Below, piece by piece: positions 43,129-55,778 of a DNA stretch of 64,000 nucleotides; within the stretch, counting starts at the first letter, position 1, and every line of letters begins with the position of its first letter. The notes beneath the pieces are model-generated. The model had not been told where the DNA came from. It ran no database searches and saw only the letters and a program-made list of their open reading frames with translations. The stretch comes from Eledone cirrhosa (Eukaryota), in assembly GCA_964016885.1 (NCBI GenBank), contig OZ024740.1, positions 350,548,001 through 350,612,000 on the forward strand, given 5' to 3'. The translations under genes and the position numbers were made by a program.

Positions 43129-44459
43129 TATAACATAACTGTATATGCTTGTGCGTGAATTATATTGGAGTTTGATTTTGCGTCAACTTTAGTAAATCGT
43201 TGACTTGGGAATGGTCCACTATAGTGAGATTTGTATGTAATGTGGCACACTCAGCCGTTACGGCATATCGTTTTCATCGAACTTCTTTGTCATAAGGAAA
43301 CAACTCAACTATAAAGTATATCGCATTGTCCCTCTCGGTCATCTTGGATTAGCAACAACAGCATCAGGGCCAGCAGCAAGGAGAAAAGTACACTGAAATG
43401 ACAAATTGCATTTAAACTTGGTTTGTCTTAGAAAACTTTGTAAAGCTTACATTAAAATAAAATTTGCACGATTTTGAAAACAAATGTTACTAGTACGTGT
43501 ACGTTTATAGCTTAACTTTTCTAGCAAATTTATGTCATTGGAGAAAAAGAAAAACTAAAACAAAATTTAAAATGAAAATAATTTGTAATGAAATCACATG
43601 ATGCTTTGTGATGAGATCAAAGATTTTTAAAGCAATCAATAAACATTGTTCATCAGTTTAAAGTAAATAAAATTTGTCAAAAGAAAACTAATGAATCTTT
43701 GTCGTGGCCAATTTCGTGATGTTGTCAACAAACGCTGATCAGGGTAACTTTACTCAATTAAATAGTTTCACTCGGCATATCATACGTAGTTTATATAAAA
43801 ACTGAAACTCAATTCCATATTGCATGGAGATGTGTGTCTAATAGAGCAGGAATGGGAGTGTGGTTAAGTAGTTAACTACGTGGCTTCTGGTTCGATTCTA
43901 TAATGCAGCACCTTAGACAAATGTCTTCTGCCAAAGATTCAAGTCTATCAAAGTTATGTGAGGGAAATGTATTGTTCTTACGTTCTTGACTTAACCCTTA
44001 GTCCAATTTAACCCAATTAATGCATCCTACCCCAGTAGGATATTTAGCATGGATTCAGATAATATCTCATGTATGAGGATAACTTCTTCATTTCATCTCA
44101 TTCATTGTGGAGGCACTTGTTCATCTAGAGGTATGATTTCATTCGGCAAAGAAACCGAAACAAATATACTTAATTACATACAGCTACCTCATTTTAGAAA
44201 TGGCCAGATGTATCTACTTTATTTTACCCTTTTATAGCCAAATTGAATGAGCCAAAGTGAAATTGGGGTAGATGTATGTATGTACTCGATTGACACAGTT
44301 TAGCGTCAGTGATATGCTAGGAACCATTCATTTTTCCGTTGGTAAGAGGTAGATGAACATTTAATCAATTAGCACTGCTACAATATATATATATTGTAGC
44401 AGTGCTAATTGATTAAATGTTCATCTCTCTCTCTATATATATATATATATAAAGACAGG

Positions 44460-44688
44460 GGGGAAGAAAAAATGGCTTCACTTGTGCTTTCAACAAATTT
44501 ATTTTCTTCACAAAATCCAAAAAGAATTTTTCTTAAAAAAAATTATTTTATAAATTAAGTTGTTGGTTGTTGGTCCAACAACCAACAACTTAATTTATAA
44601 AATAATTTTTTTTAAGAAAAATTCTTTTTGGATTTTGTGAAGAAAATAAATTTGTTGAAAGCACAAGTGAAGCCATTTTGTCTTCCCC
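44460..44688. repeat. Fold-back with ~112-bp arms
   Basis: Centre TTGTTGG-T-CCAACAA at ~44574; arms near perfect. Confidence 0.92.
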
Positions 44689-44731
44689 ACTGTCTTAATA
44701 TACCTAACTGTACCAAGGATTACACACATTT

Positions 44732-44815
<84 letters not shown>

Positions 44816-44957
44816 CTGTGTGTGTATATATATATATATATATATAACAAAGAAAGTGTGGTAAGGAACCAGGTGGACCATAACGCAATAGAGTATTCGA
44901 TACTTAGGGTAGTAGAGTGGGTGATAGGAAAAGACACTTTTCCTATATATATATATA

Positions 44958-46924
44958 TCAAGGATTTACACCAGTCCAGCCTCCTGTTATTTTATTTCAT
45001 TTATAATTAACTCCGTATTCGCACCACCAACTACACAAACGAAGATGGGTGAACTGCACTGCGTTGAGTACTCTTCACAATATTACACCAGGATTGACCA
45101 TACGGAATGACCAGTTCTATCCAGTGGTGAACCAACAAACCTAAAGAAATAAGGCTCCTATAATGTTGAGCACTTCAAAATGTAATATTGAACAGCGGCA
45201 CTGACTTCAGTGTACAGCTATTGCCAGCATGGGATTAACTGATCTACTTACCATTCGGATTTTGGCTGCTCTGCGCCTTATCTACCGCCGCCTAATACTA
45301 CTTCCTTGTCGGGATGATTCCGATTCCAACAAAACTCTACGTATTATACTAAAACATGTATTGTATTGGCTAAATTCTCTACTCTATACCTCAGGACTTT
45401 TTGTGACTCGCACTGAATTCGGAGACCCGAACTTTACACTAGGTACAACTTGTTACCATTCCATCTCCTCCATCCTCTATATCTATATGTACAACTTGTA
45501 TTATCTTACTACAACTTGATCTATATTGATTCTTATTTACCTTTATTAATTTTTTTATTATTTCATTAATGTATATTTTTTATTATTTTATTATTTTATT
45601 AATTTTTATTTTATTAATGTATTTTTATCAATGTATTCTATCTTTATATTGGTATTTTATCTTTGTATGCTGCTTTTATTATTTTTTTGTAACTTTTCCT
45701 CACTCAGGTCATTATGCACCTTTCATAGCCCCCTACCTATCTAAGAACCACACTACTTATAACCCGGACTAACTGGGACTTTAAAATAATTTTGGTCTAT
45801 TTGCACTTTTCATTGGGTTGCTACCTTCGACTTGTGTGGTGGCTTTTTCCCGGCTGCGCGCTGGGCACTCGGAAAGTTCAGCCTTCCTTGAGTGCTCGGA
45901 AAAATAAATTTCTCCTCTTTCGGTAAACGAAATTACTCGGAAAGGCTTGCTTGGCCCCGGCCCCACAGCGCCGCCTGTTTTGGCCGCCACATTATACTTG
46001 TACCTACAAACTCCAGGTTTAGGCATAACTATTAGCTGCATCATGCCTCTACTGGTACGTAAATAAACCCCTCATGTGGGATTTAATAGTATTCGTTTGG
46101 TATAGACGATGGCCTGTCGAAATTGTGGAGTTCCCGCTAGCGCTCCCGGGCCTAAGGTAGCTACGTTCCTAGAGCACTCGGAAAAATTTATTTCTATTTC
46201 TTTCGCTGGACGATACCACTCGAGACTGGCTGACTCATGGTGGGGGGTGTGCTGGCTGGGACTCCCAATCGAAATCTTTACTCTATATCCCATCCTAATA
46301 TCTTATCGAGATACATTTTTTCATATAAGACTCTCTCCGTAAGTTCATTAAATAAATAAATCTCGCTACCTTAATCTTTAATTCTCTAATAACTTATTTT
46401 TCAATCTATCATTTTGCAATTTAATATTTTTAATTTAATTTAATTTCATCCTATAACTCGCAACATAAGTTTAACGTTCCAATCTTCGGTTCACACATTA
46501 GACCATACAGACACCCATTATAGATTCTTTGGGGTAGCATTTTTTCGCGGCATTTTCTAGAATGAATGTAGTATGACCCTTACACTACACTTCTTTCTCC
46601 CTTTCTTTCTTTCTTCCTCTTCTTCTTTGACGGAGTGGTGGTAGTGCATTATAAGCCTTCGGCCCCTCACCAGATATTCATTAGTAGATTCAGTTGCCAC
46701 CACTTTGAGGGCGACTGGCCGAGAAGCTGGTTGGTCAGTCGTCCTCTCTGTCTCTGTCTCTGATTTTTCGGACCCATGGTTTTTTACATATTCCTTTGTT
46801 ATATTCCAATACCTGATGATATCACCGGATTCATATGGAACCCGGTCATTGAAATGATCATAGTATAATAAACCTTTCAAGGATTTACACCAGTCCAGCC
46901 TCCTGTTATTTTATTTCATTTATA
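44958..46924 (+). mobile_element. PLE-like unit (~1.92 kb) with ~48-bp terminal direct repeat and 3' hammerhead
   Basis: TCAAGGATTTACACCAGTCCAGCCTCCTGTTATTTTATTTCATTTATA at both ends. Weak GIY-YIG C-terminal-like remnant (LRIILKHVLYWLNSLLYTSGL). (TA)n flanks. Confidence 0.7.
46809..46866 (+). ncRNA. Type I hammerhead ribozyme
   Basis: ATAC-CTGATGA-TATC-ACCGG...CCGGT-CATT-GAAA-TGATCA-TA-GTAT, followed by AATAAA. Confidence 0.75.
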
Positions 46925-47126
46925 TATCTATATATATATGATAATAATAATAATAATATTTATAGTTATGTATATAGTATAAACAGCTATAAACAGGAAG
47001 GTCAGTAATTTCTTAATTATTATTATTACCAGTAAGAGAAATAGCTCAATGTATGAACATCAGTTGTTTTACAGAGCAGTTAAATAAATAAATTATACAA
47101 TTATCAAAGTTGTGTTCAAATCATTT

Positions 47127-47178
47127 AATAGCTGACAATCGTTTCTTCCAAACTCTCGTTTGGATTCATCGGAGTATT
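47127..47178 (-). ncRNA. Hammerhead motif, U4C variant
   Basis: Reverse complement of 48807-48858. Confidence 0.65.
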
Positions 47179-48806
47179 ATCAATGTTTGCACATATAATT
47201 AACCTCCTATTCAACTGAACAATAATATAGATACATATAAATTGATGTTGTGAGCAACAGTTTCGTATTTACAGGGTGGAATGGATGTGACATATATTTT
47301 ACGAGAATTGTATTCAAGTTCAAATTCAAATCAAAATTAAAATTAAAATCAAAAGCACAGAGTGGAATACATGCAACAGTTAAAACAAGTGAATAGTCTA
47401 AATATTAAAGAGGCATTGAGGAAGCAGTTTTGAGAAAGGAAGAGTGCGATAACAAATCATATGCAGGTGTGTGGATAGTGCGACTGCGTAAGTCATATAC
47501 ATGAGAAGGAGACAAGCAAAGCTATTATGCATATATAGATGAATAAATACTGCAGTTGAAGCACATATGTTAATGTATTAGAGTCTATGGTGGGTGTTGA
47601 ATGTTGATGGTGTTCGAATTAATGTGTGTTGAGAAACATACAGTTTTTGCAGACTTTTCCATGACATATGTTGAATTAAATTTTAGTTAATGTTTATATT
47701 GAGTGTTTTAAGTTAGTTAGAGCAATGGATTGTAAATTAGTGTTATTTATAGACTATATTTGATCAACCGTTAAATTTTCAATCGTTAATTTCCGGAAGT
47801 GAATAAGGGGAGCTAATGCGTAAGGGGAGGTAACTAGCTAATTAAGTTCAATTCAGTTATTAAAATTCTTTGTTCTAATACACAATATAATGTGATACCA
47901 TTGGATCTCTCTTACATAACCCTGTATATTTATTCCTGATTTTAAATACAGTGTATTCTACTATCATACATTAAAGGTTTCTTTAGATTGTTATCTATTC
48001 ATTACTGGACAAGGTATATGTTATGAAGGATTATACAGCTGTTAATATGTCATAAGAGATATGCTATATGTGTAATAATATAATCCCTAATATAGAATGC
48101 TATTACATTTTATATTTAATTATAAGTGTATATATAGTTTATTATGTTGTGTAATTTAAGCATTTAATTATACAATTACAAATGCACACATAGTTTATCA
48201 TCACACATTACATTAAATGTCTCTACATACCAAGTGCCAAATATCCATTACTGTATAAGATATTATTAATCTATTGTACTTATATCACAAGGTGGTAACT
48301 CTATGTCTAATTCTAACTGTTATTGCAGAGCATAATGTTATAGATGAATAGGAGGTGTGTAGCGGAAAGAGTTGGTCGAGGGGTTTGTGGTTGTGGGTGC
48401 TGCTAAGTCCTAGATGTGTAGTGTTAATGGTGGTGGGTTTATTCATCTATATATGCATAATAGCTTTGCTTGTCTCCTTCTCATGAATATGACTTACGCA
48501 GTCACACTATCCACACGCCTGCATATGAATTGTTATCGCACTCTTCCTTTCTCAAAACTGCTTCCTCAATGCCTCTTTAATATTTGGACTATTACCTTGT
48601 TTTAACTGTTGCATGTATTTCACTCCGTGCTTTTGATTTTAATTTTAATTTTGATTTGAATTTGAACTTGAATACAATTCTCGTAAAATATATGTCACAT
48701 CCATTCCACCCTGTAAATACGAAACTGTTGCTCACAACATCAATTTATATGTATCTATATTATTGTTCAGTTGAATAGGAGGTTAATTATATGTGCAAAC
48801 ATTGAT

Positions 48807-48858
48807 AATACTCCGATGAATCCAAACGAGAGTTTGGAAGAAACGATTGTCAGCTATT
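48807..48858 (+). ncRNA. Hammerhead motif, U4C variant
   Basis: AATACT-CCGATGA-A-TCCAAAC-GAGA-GTTTGGA-A-GAAA-CGATTG-TC-AGCTATT. Confidence 0.65.
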
Positions 48859-48901
48859 AAAGGATTTGAACACAACTTTGATAATTGTATAATTTATTTA
48901 T

Positions 48902-48937
<36 letters not shown>

Positions 48938-49830
48938 TAGAGAGGGGGGGAACAGAGAGACAGATATAGACAGATTGAGAGAGGTCACTCGTCTAATCGC
49001 CTAGGGGCTGTTTAAAAGCACTCACCAGCCTCTGATCCACAGATATGCAGAATCATTTCTTAGGCTACTCTGCTGGTTCTAAAATGCCCTCTAATTCGTA
49101 ACACTGGCAGGTATCATGCTACCATCATTTAGGCATTCTCGACTTAGTCGTCACTCACCCCACTCTAGGAAACCACACTAACCACTAAAACTAAACACAA
49201 TTGTTTCTTTCGAGAAGGTCGGCCATCTGAAATCCTGTCACCGCACGTGACTTCCCTGAGCTATACAAATCTACAAATCTCAGTAGTTTTATAACGGCAT
49301 CAGTTTTATTAACACAATAGTGAAGATCATATGTACATTTCGTTCCTCCAGATCAAATTAGTAAAAATGAAACAACAGTAACAACAAAAATAACAACAAC
49401 AATGCTAACATCTAAATAGTCAAAGATGATAAGAATTTCGAAAGAACATTACGGCTTTTTAACATTTTGTTTTCAAATATATATGAAATATATTAGGAAA
49501 TCATTTCCTGAAAGCATGATATATATGAAAATAACTAGAAAGTAAATTGCATTTATTTTTTTCGGACTAAACTCCCAAGTGGTTGTTTACAGCGAATTTT
49601 CATTTCATAGTAAGAAGCATGATAGACGTAATGATTTTCTTGTTCTTATTTGATGCTATAATAGACTTTATATATCCACATACATGCATGTGCACATAAT
49701 ACATATATATATATGCATATACATGTATATATCTATTGAAAGTATTCCCCATTGCAGTGCACAGATACGTGCACGCACACATACAAACATACTCATACAA
49801 ATGCCTCGTTCGTATACACTTGTAGAGATG

Positions 49831-49906
<76 letters not shown>

Positions 49907-50525
49907 TACGCGCACACACACACACACACACGCACACACATATATATACATATGTGTGTGTGTGTGTGTAAATATATATATATATATATATGAATGTATG
50001 TATATGTATACCGGCACATACACATACAAACGTATATTCATATGCACACACACACATATATATATGTATAGGGAGAGAGGGGGGGGAGAGGTGTAGAGAG
50101 AGAGAGGGGGTAGGGAGACAGAAAGCGAGAGTGACGATTTTCGTTCCGTAATTTTATTAATCATGGATTATGTACACCAAAGAATTAATAAATTATATTT
50201 CCATCATCAATATTTTTTTAATTTATTTTTATTCAGTTTTTACAAGGGGAAAACAGTTCGAATATTTGAATATAAATTATCTTTAGATACGAATTTATTG
50301 GTTCACGTTTAGGAACTTAAATATATCTAGTAGCTGGGTATATTTTACATCGACGCTATTATATATATAATAGCGTGGATGTAAAATATACGAAAGAGAA
50401 ATTCTCTCATTATCTAAAGAGCTCTGAGTCTTTGACCCAGCTACTAGATATATTTAAGTTCCTAAACGTGAATTCTTATATATATATCCAGGGAGTGTAA
50501 CGCGGAGTTACTGTATGTTCACAGA

Positions 50526-50610
50526 GGTCCGACGAGCCATTGATTACAGAGTCAGGCTAGATCGATACAGATCGAACCTTGAGCTGATCAATAGCGAAAC
50601 GCGTGTTACC
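50526..50610 (+). ncRNA. Hammerhead motif (family F), U4C, long loop II
   Basis: GGT-CCGACGA-GCCATTGATT-[~38 nt]-GATCAATAGC-GAAA-CGCGTG-TT-ACC. The module spans ~50488-50655. Confidence 0.65.
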
Positions 50611-50655
50611 AAACAATAAACGTAATGAAGGAGTAACTATTCGTCCTTGTTTTAT

Positions 50656-50722
<67 letters not shown>

Positions 50723-51107
50723 TTTTGCAAATAGAAGAAATATATGTATAGTAAAATGATATTCCTTTAAGGAACAGCAGGAAACTACAATTAGAGTAAG
50801 TTACTCAGTACATCAGTTTGAGAATGTATTGCATCGAGTTTTGACTTTTGCAATATTAGTTTATGCCTCGTACACACGATATTACAGCTGTGACCAATAG
50901 TTTGATGAGCTAAGAAAGCCTCCACAACTGCAATATAAAGTTGTTAATGAAATGTCTAAAACCGGAGCTTACATTTCAGGTATAATATCGTGTGTATGAA
51001 GCTTCTTCTTCTTCTTCTTCTTCTTCTTCTTGTTTTGCCCGTAAAATCTGTCCAGCGATACTTTCTCGAGACATTCTAACCACATACCGATAGTGGGTTC
51101 TTATATA

Positions 51108-51304
51108 GGCACAAGGCCAGCAATTTTGGGGGAGGGAAAAGTCGATTAAATTGACCCCAGTGCATGACTGTTACTTTATTTTATCGACCTCGTAAGGATG
51201 AAAGGCAAAGTTAACCTCGGCGGGATTTGAACTCAGATCATAAAGGGCTGTAACTCTATACTGCAAAGCATGTCGTCCGACCCTCTACTGATACTGCCAA
51301 TCCA
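51108..51304 (-). mobile_element. tRNA-derived SINE, main family variant
   Basis: Reverse-complement copy with a longer 3' region. Confidence 0.88.
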
Positions 51305-51307
51305 CAT

Positions 51308-51805
51308 AGTATCGGATCGTTTGTCTGTCCGTCACAACATATATGTAGAAGTAGGGGAAAGACGGAGTGAAAATTCGATATTCTTGAGAGAGAAACACAA
51401 TGAGAGAGAAACACAATGAGAGAGAGAGTGTGTGTGAAAGAGAGTTGGATTGTTTATGACGACAGACTTAAAAAAATAAGTGCAAGTCTTTTAACACTTT
51501 AGTTTCTATGGTGATAGCATTCTACCCCTCTATTTATCTTTCACATACACACACTCTTTCTCTCTCACTGTATTTCTCTCGCAACAACAAAACCTTTTCA
51601 CACCACCACCCCTTTTCTCCTCGTGCTACATATATGTGTGTGAGAGAGAGGGGGGGGGGGTAATACAGTGAGAGAAGGAGAGAGAGAGTGGGTGTGTGTG
51701 TGTGTGTGAAAGTAACATTTATACATTATTTGAATAATTTATGAAAGTACGTACATGATTAACAAATATTTTTACCAGCAGCGTAGTGACGGACTTTTAC
51801 TAGTT
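51308..51805 (-). mobile_element. HINE-like non-autonomous element
   Basis: Subterminal inverted repeat TCCGTCAC/GTGACGGA, ACTAG terminus, internal inverted microsatellite blocks. Confidence 0.5.
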
Positions 51806-52878
51806 AATTATAAAATGCTTTCATTATTGAATTCTAATACGTTTGTTCATAGAATGATTTCATGATTGAATGCATTTACACTTTTTGAATTATAAACATG
51901 AATACGAATCATCAAATATATAATATATACAGAGAACAACTAATTAAGGAATATTAACAGAGATTAGTTTTATATTAAAAAAGAAAAATTTTTTTTTAAT
52001 AATTTACATAAAACAAATCAATGATATGCATCAGCAACTAAAGAATACATTTTTCCCGTATAGCAACAAAAATATTTTCAAATGCTCGGCGACTACTTAA
52101 AGGTTCCAAGTAACTATCCAACAGTTTTTTTTTTGTTATATCATTCATTCACTTGTATATTTTATTGATATGGGGGTAAACATGGGGTTGGTAAATACGT
52201 GTGATAGCAATAGAAAGATAAATACATGCAATGAGGGTCTCAAAGTGAAATTTCGCAAGGTAGAAGAAAACTGCTTTCGCCATACGATAAAGGAGGGCTC
52301 CTTTTAAAATTGAGGGGCACCAGGAGGTTTGCGTTGTAAGAGGAAGAGTGTCAAATTTTAACGGACCTATTCTTGGCTCTCCGTGTCCAGTATACAGGCA
52401 GAACAGCCTTTTATAAGTTCTGTGTACAATAACTCATATAACTTAATACAGAAATTCAATGCTAGACCAGTAGAAAATAAGACAAAGAAATTATCGTCCA
52501 TTCCAAATGTCTACCTTCAGGAGGCTATTAAAAGCCTCTAAAGAACTCAATGGGTTTAGAAATAAAATGTATATGTGTGTATGTGTATGTGCGTGTGTGT
52601 GCGTGTGTGTGGATGTGTGGATGTGTCTTTGAATGTGTTTGTATATATTATTGTTTAACTTGACTACTTTTTCATTGCTAGAGTATTCGATATACTACAC
52701 AGATAATACACCATCTTAAGTTTGCCATCCGGCATTAAACATGAAGTAATGGAAAAGTACTAACTTAACCAACAATAATATAACAATAAATATTTGTTCG
52801 TTCTACTTTGTTCTGAATATTACGTCGATTTTAATAGCATTTACATGCAATATATACATACATACGTGTATATACGTG

Positions 52879-52931
<53 letters not shown>

Positions 52932-53407
52932 AGGGAGGTGCGTAAGAAAGTCTGTACTTACACACACACATACATACATACATACATACATACATACATA
53001 CATACATACATACATACATACATACATACATACATGCATACGTACGTACCTACACTACCAGAGATTTGGTTATTAATCCTTCTAACTCCTTAATATGTAA
53101 GTTATTGGTGATGCATTTAATGCAAAGTACACCGGAATATAAAATCATATAAAAGAATAAAAAGACACCGAATATATCAATAAATAAACGAATATAAAAA
53201 ACAAACTTCACAAATAATAAAACAGAAAGAATTAAACAATCAAGACCCATATAAACAGCAATAAGTACATAAGAACTGTGTAATAAGATATTTTATTATA
53301 TGTTTTCAGAATTCATCATACGAGATACCGAAGCACTATCAAGCAAAGGAATGGTTTTAGTGTTTTTACTATTATTAATATTGTTGTTTTTCTAGTATAT
53401 TTTCTAG

Positions 53408-53571
53408 TCAAATCCCGCCAAGGTTAACTTTGCCGTTCATCCTTACGGGGTCGATAAAATAAAGTACCAGTAGAAACAATTATTATTGTTGTTTTTCTAG
53501 TATATTTTGAAGTGGTGGTAAAACAGTACGTATGTGAATTGAAATGTATATGTATGTATACATGATTATAC

Positions 53572-53610
<39 letters not shown>

Positions 53611-53712
53611 TGTTTCTACTTTAGGCACAAGGCCAGCAATTACCCAGTGCATTACTGGTACTTTATTTTATCGACCCCGTAAGGATGAAAGGCAAAGTTA
53701 ACCTCGGCGGAG
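53408..53712. mobile_element. Two 5'-truncated SINE copies (53408-53485 +, 53606-53712 -)
   Basis: Central domain and tail of the main SINE family. Confidence 0.8.
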
Positions 53713-53763
53713 TTTATATATATATATAATACGAATGGTTACGCCTTCATTACGTTTATTGGT

Positions 53764-53850
53764 TGGTGACGCGCGTTTCGCTACTGATCAGCTCAAGGTT
53801 CGATCTGTATCGATCAGGTCCGACTCTGGAATCAAAAGCTCGTCGAATCA
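53764..53850 (-). ncRNA. Hammerhead motif (family F), degenerate core
   Basis: TGAT-TCGACGA-GCTTTTGATT...GATCAGTAGC-GAAA-CGCGCG-TC-ACCA. Confidence 0.55.
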
Positions 53851-53867
53851 TTGTAGTATTAACGCCT

Positions 53868-53979
<112 letters not shown>

Positions 53980-54460
53980 AGGCATTATCCAGGCATTAAT
54001 ACTACAGTATACTACTATATATATATATACATATATATATGTGTGTGTAACTTATATCTAACTAGACAAATTGAGTCTGTGCTAGTACTCCGAAATTTCC
54101 CGCTCGATGATTTCAGAGGACTTGTATTTCCGAAATGCAATTTCCGTGATGCAGAGGGCACACATTTCGTTATTAGTGGTAAGTTCAGGACTATGTGCTG
54201 GTGTTAAACATTTAAGCCGGGACCAAACGTAAACCGGTGGTTTCTTCTCTGCATCCTGCACACGACCCCGGCCAGGACCAAAGACAGAGGTTCGTAACGG
54301 GAATCGATCATTAATGTTCTTCGCAAAGGTCTACTAGTGACTTAGTAGCAGTTCAAGACTGCTGATGTCATCACGTGACTTCCAAAAGAGGAAGGAGACA
54401 CAGGCCTAAGATATAGAACCATTCACATATTTAGGCGGTTATATATATATATATATATAT

Positions 54461-54939
54461 GAATGTATATATAGTGTATTTTGCAATACACTTTATGCTT
54501 AATTAAAAGCATTTTGAAGACCGTATGCTATTGCTTTAGAATAGTGACAGAGTCACTTACTTTAATCTCAGCAAACAGGGGGAGATAAAGCTGGATATAT
54601 GGCTATTTCAGAGCTCCAATTCTAATTTTTAATATCTGCCTGACCGGCAACCGCTCTGTATAATCAGTTCCTGATTATTTACTAGAATTCTATAAGAATA
54701 TAACATCAGTGATCTCGGTAGACGGAAGGAGTAGTTAGCCTTGATAAGCATAAAAAAATGCAGAAACAAGGCCTTGTCAGCTTTATCTCCCCCTGTTTGC
54801 TGAGATTAAAGTAAGTGACTCTGTCACTACTCTAAAACAAAAGCATACGGTCTTCAAAATGCTTTTAATTAAGCATAAAGTGTATTGCAAAATACACTAT
54901 ATATACATTCATATATATATGGCTATTTCAGACCTTCAA

Positions 54940-54945
<6 letters not shown>
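54461..54945 (+). mobile_element. ~320-bp hammerhead module with terminal direct repeat and inverted 5' arm
   Basis: Direct repeat TATATGGCTATTTCAGA...CAATTCTAAT at ~54596 and ~54916. 54461-54593 is the reverse complement of 54778-54910. Confidence 0.85.
54737..54782 (+). ncRNA. Type I hammerhead ribozyme, U3-A8 core
   Basis: AGCC-TTGATAA-GCAT-AAAAAA-ATGC-A-GAAA-CAAGGCCTTG-TC-AGCT. 12-nt palindromic stem III; one mismatch at the base of stem I. Confidence 0.7.
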
Positions 54946-55000
<55 letters not shown>

Positions 55001-55002
<2 letters not shown>

Positions 55003-55206
55003 CGAAGGAGTTGTGGTAAGGAACCAGATGGTGCATAACGCACCAGAGTACTCAATACTTAGGGTAGTAGAGTGGGTAATAGGAGAAAGTATGACCCCCA
55101 CGGCAGAGCTCAAGCCGTCTCGACGGCTATTTCTGGACTAAATTTTAGTCCAGAAATAGCCGTCGAAACGGCTTGAGCTCTGCCGTCGGGGTCATACTTT
55201 CTCCTA
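55001..55206. mobile_element. Family A element with terminal fold-back
   Basis: Same inversion centre (GGACTAAATTTTAGTCC) as 9020-9225. Confidence 0.85.
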
Positions 55207-55305
55207 CCTACACTCTCCTGAGCGTGAATTTAATAAACATTTATCGTACTGCCTCTCTGTTCTGTCCATGTTCAATTTTTCATTATATATATATATGTAT
55301 GTATG

Positions 55306-55343
<38 letters not shown>

Positions 55344-55467
55344 AATATATATGTAACCAAGTACAACCTGTCCATGGTCGGGTCGTCGGTGTCTAAATCG
55401 GCAACCCCCACCAAGTTTTTTTTTTAATTTATTTCATTTATTTATTTTTGTTTTTTGGAGAGGGGGA

Positions 55468-55501
55468 CTTAACGTTTCGGACGCTAGTTCTTCATCAAAA
55501 G
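55468..55501 (-). ncRNA. Minimal hammerhead motif
   Basis: CTT-TTGATGA-A-GAAC-TAGC-GTCC-GAAA-CG-TT-AAG. Confidence 0.55.
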
Positions 55502-55612
55502 AAAGAATGAGAAATTATAAAGACTGAGGGGACGGGCAGGGCGGATATATATGTACATAAACACATACACGGACGTTTAATGAAGATGAGAAAGAAGGTG
55601 AAAATATATATA

Positions 55613-55778
55613 CATATCACGCTGAAAACACCAGTTCTCGTCCGATCACCGAAGTTAAGGAACGTCGAGCCTAGTTAGTACTTAGAGGGGTGACTGCTTG
55701 GGAACCCTAGGTGTTGTAAGTATTTACTTTCCAAGGGCGGTGCCCCAGCATGGATGGAACAGGTAAAAGAGTAAAAGC
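55613..55778 (+). mobile_element. 5S rRNA-derived sequence (55613-55721) fused to CR1-like tail: SINE3-like element or 5S pseudogene
   Basis: CATATCACGCTGAAAACACCAGTTCTCGTCCGATCACCGAAGTTAAG...GGGAACCCTAGGTGTTGTAAG is a 5S rRNA lacking ~9 nt at the 5' end. The tail matches 13188-13247. Confidence 0.85.

Larger units (their letters stand above)
47083..48900. mobile_element. Long inverted repeat (~465-bp arms, ~890-bp spacer), PLE-like tail-to-tail structure
   Basis: 47083-47548 is the reverse complement of 48438-48900, and each arm carries a hammerhead motif. Confidence 0.88.

Noticed and set aside
43140-43405. Minus-strand splice acceptor followed by hydrophobic VLFSLLLALMLLLL
   Set aside because: All frames stop early and no good donor was found. 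It could be UTR or lncRNA but is unsupported.
55613-55721. Functional 5S rRNA gene
   Set aside because: The 5' end is missing, it is not in a tandem array, and it is fused to a LINE-like tail.
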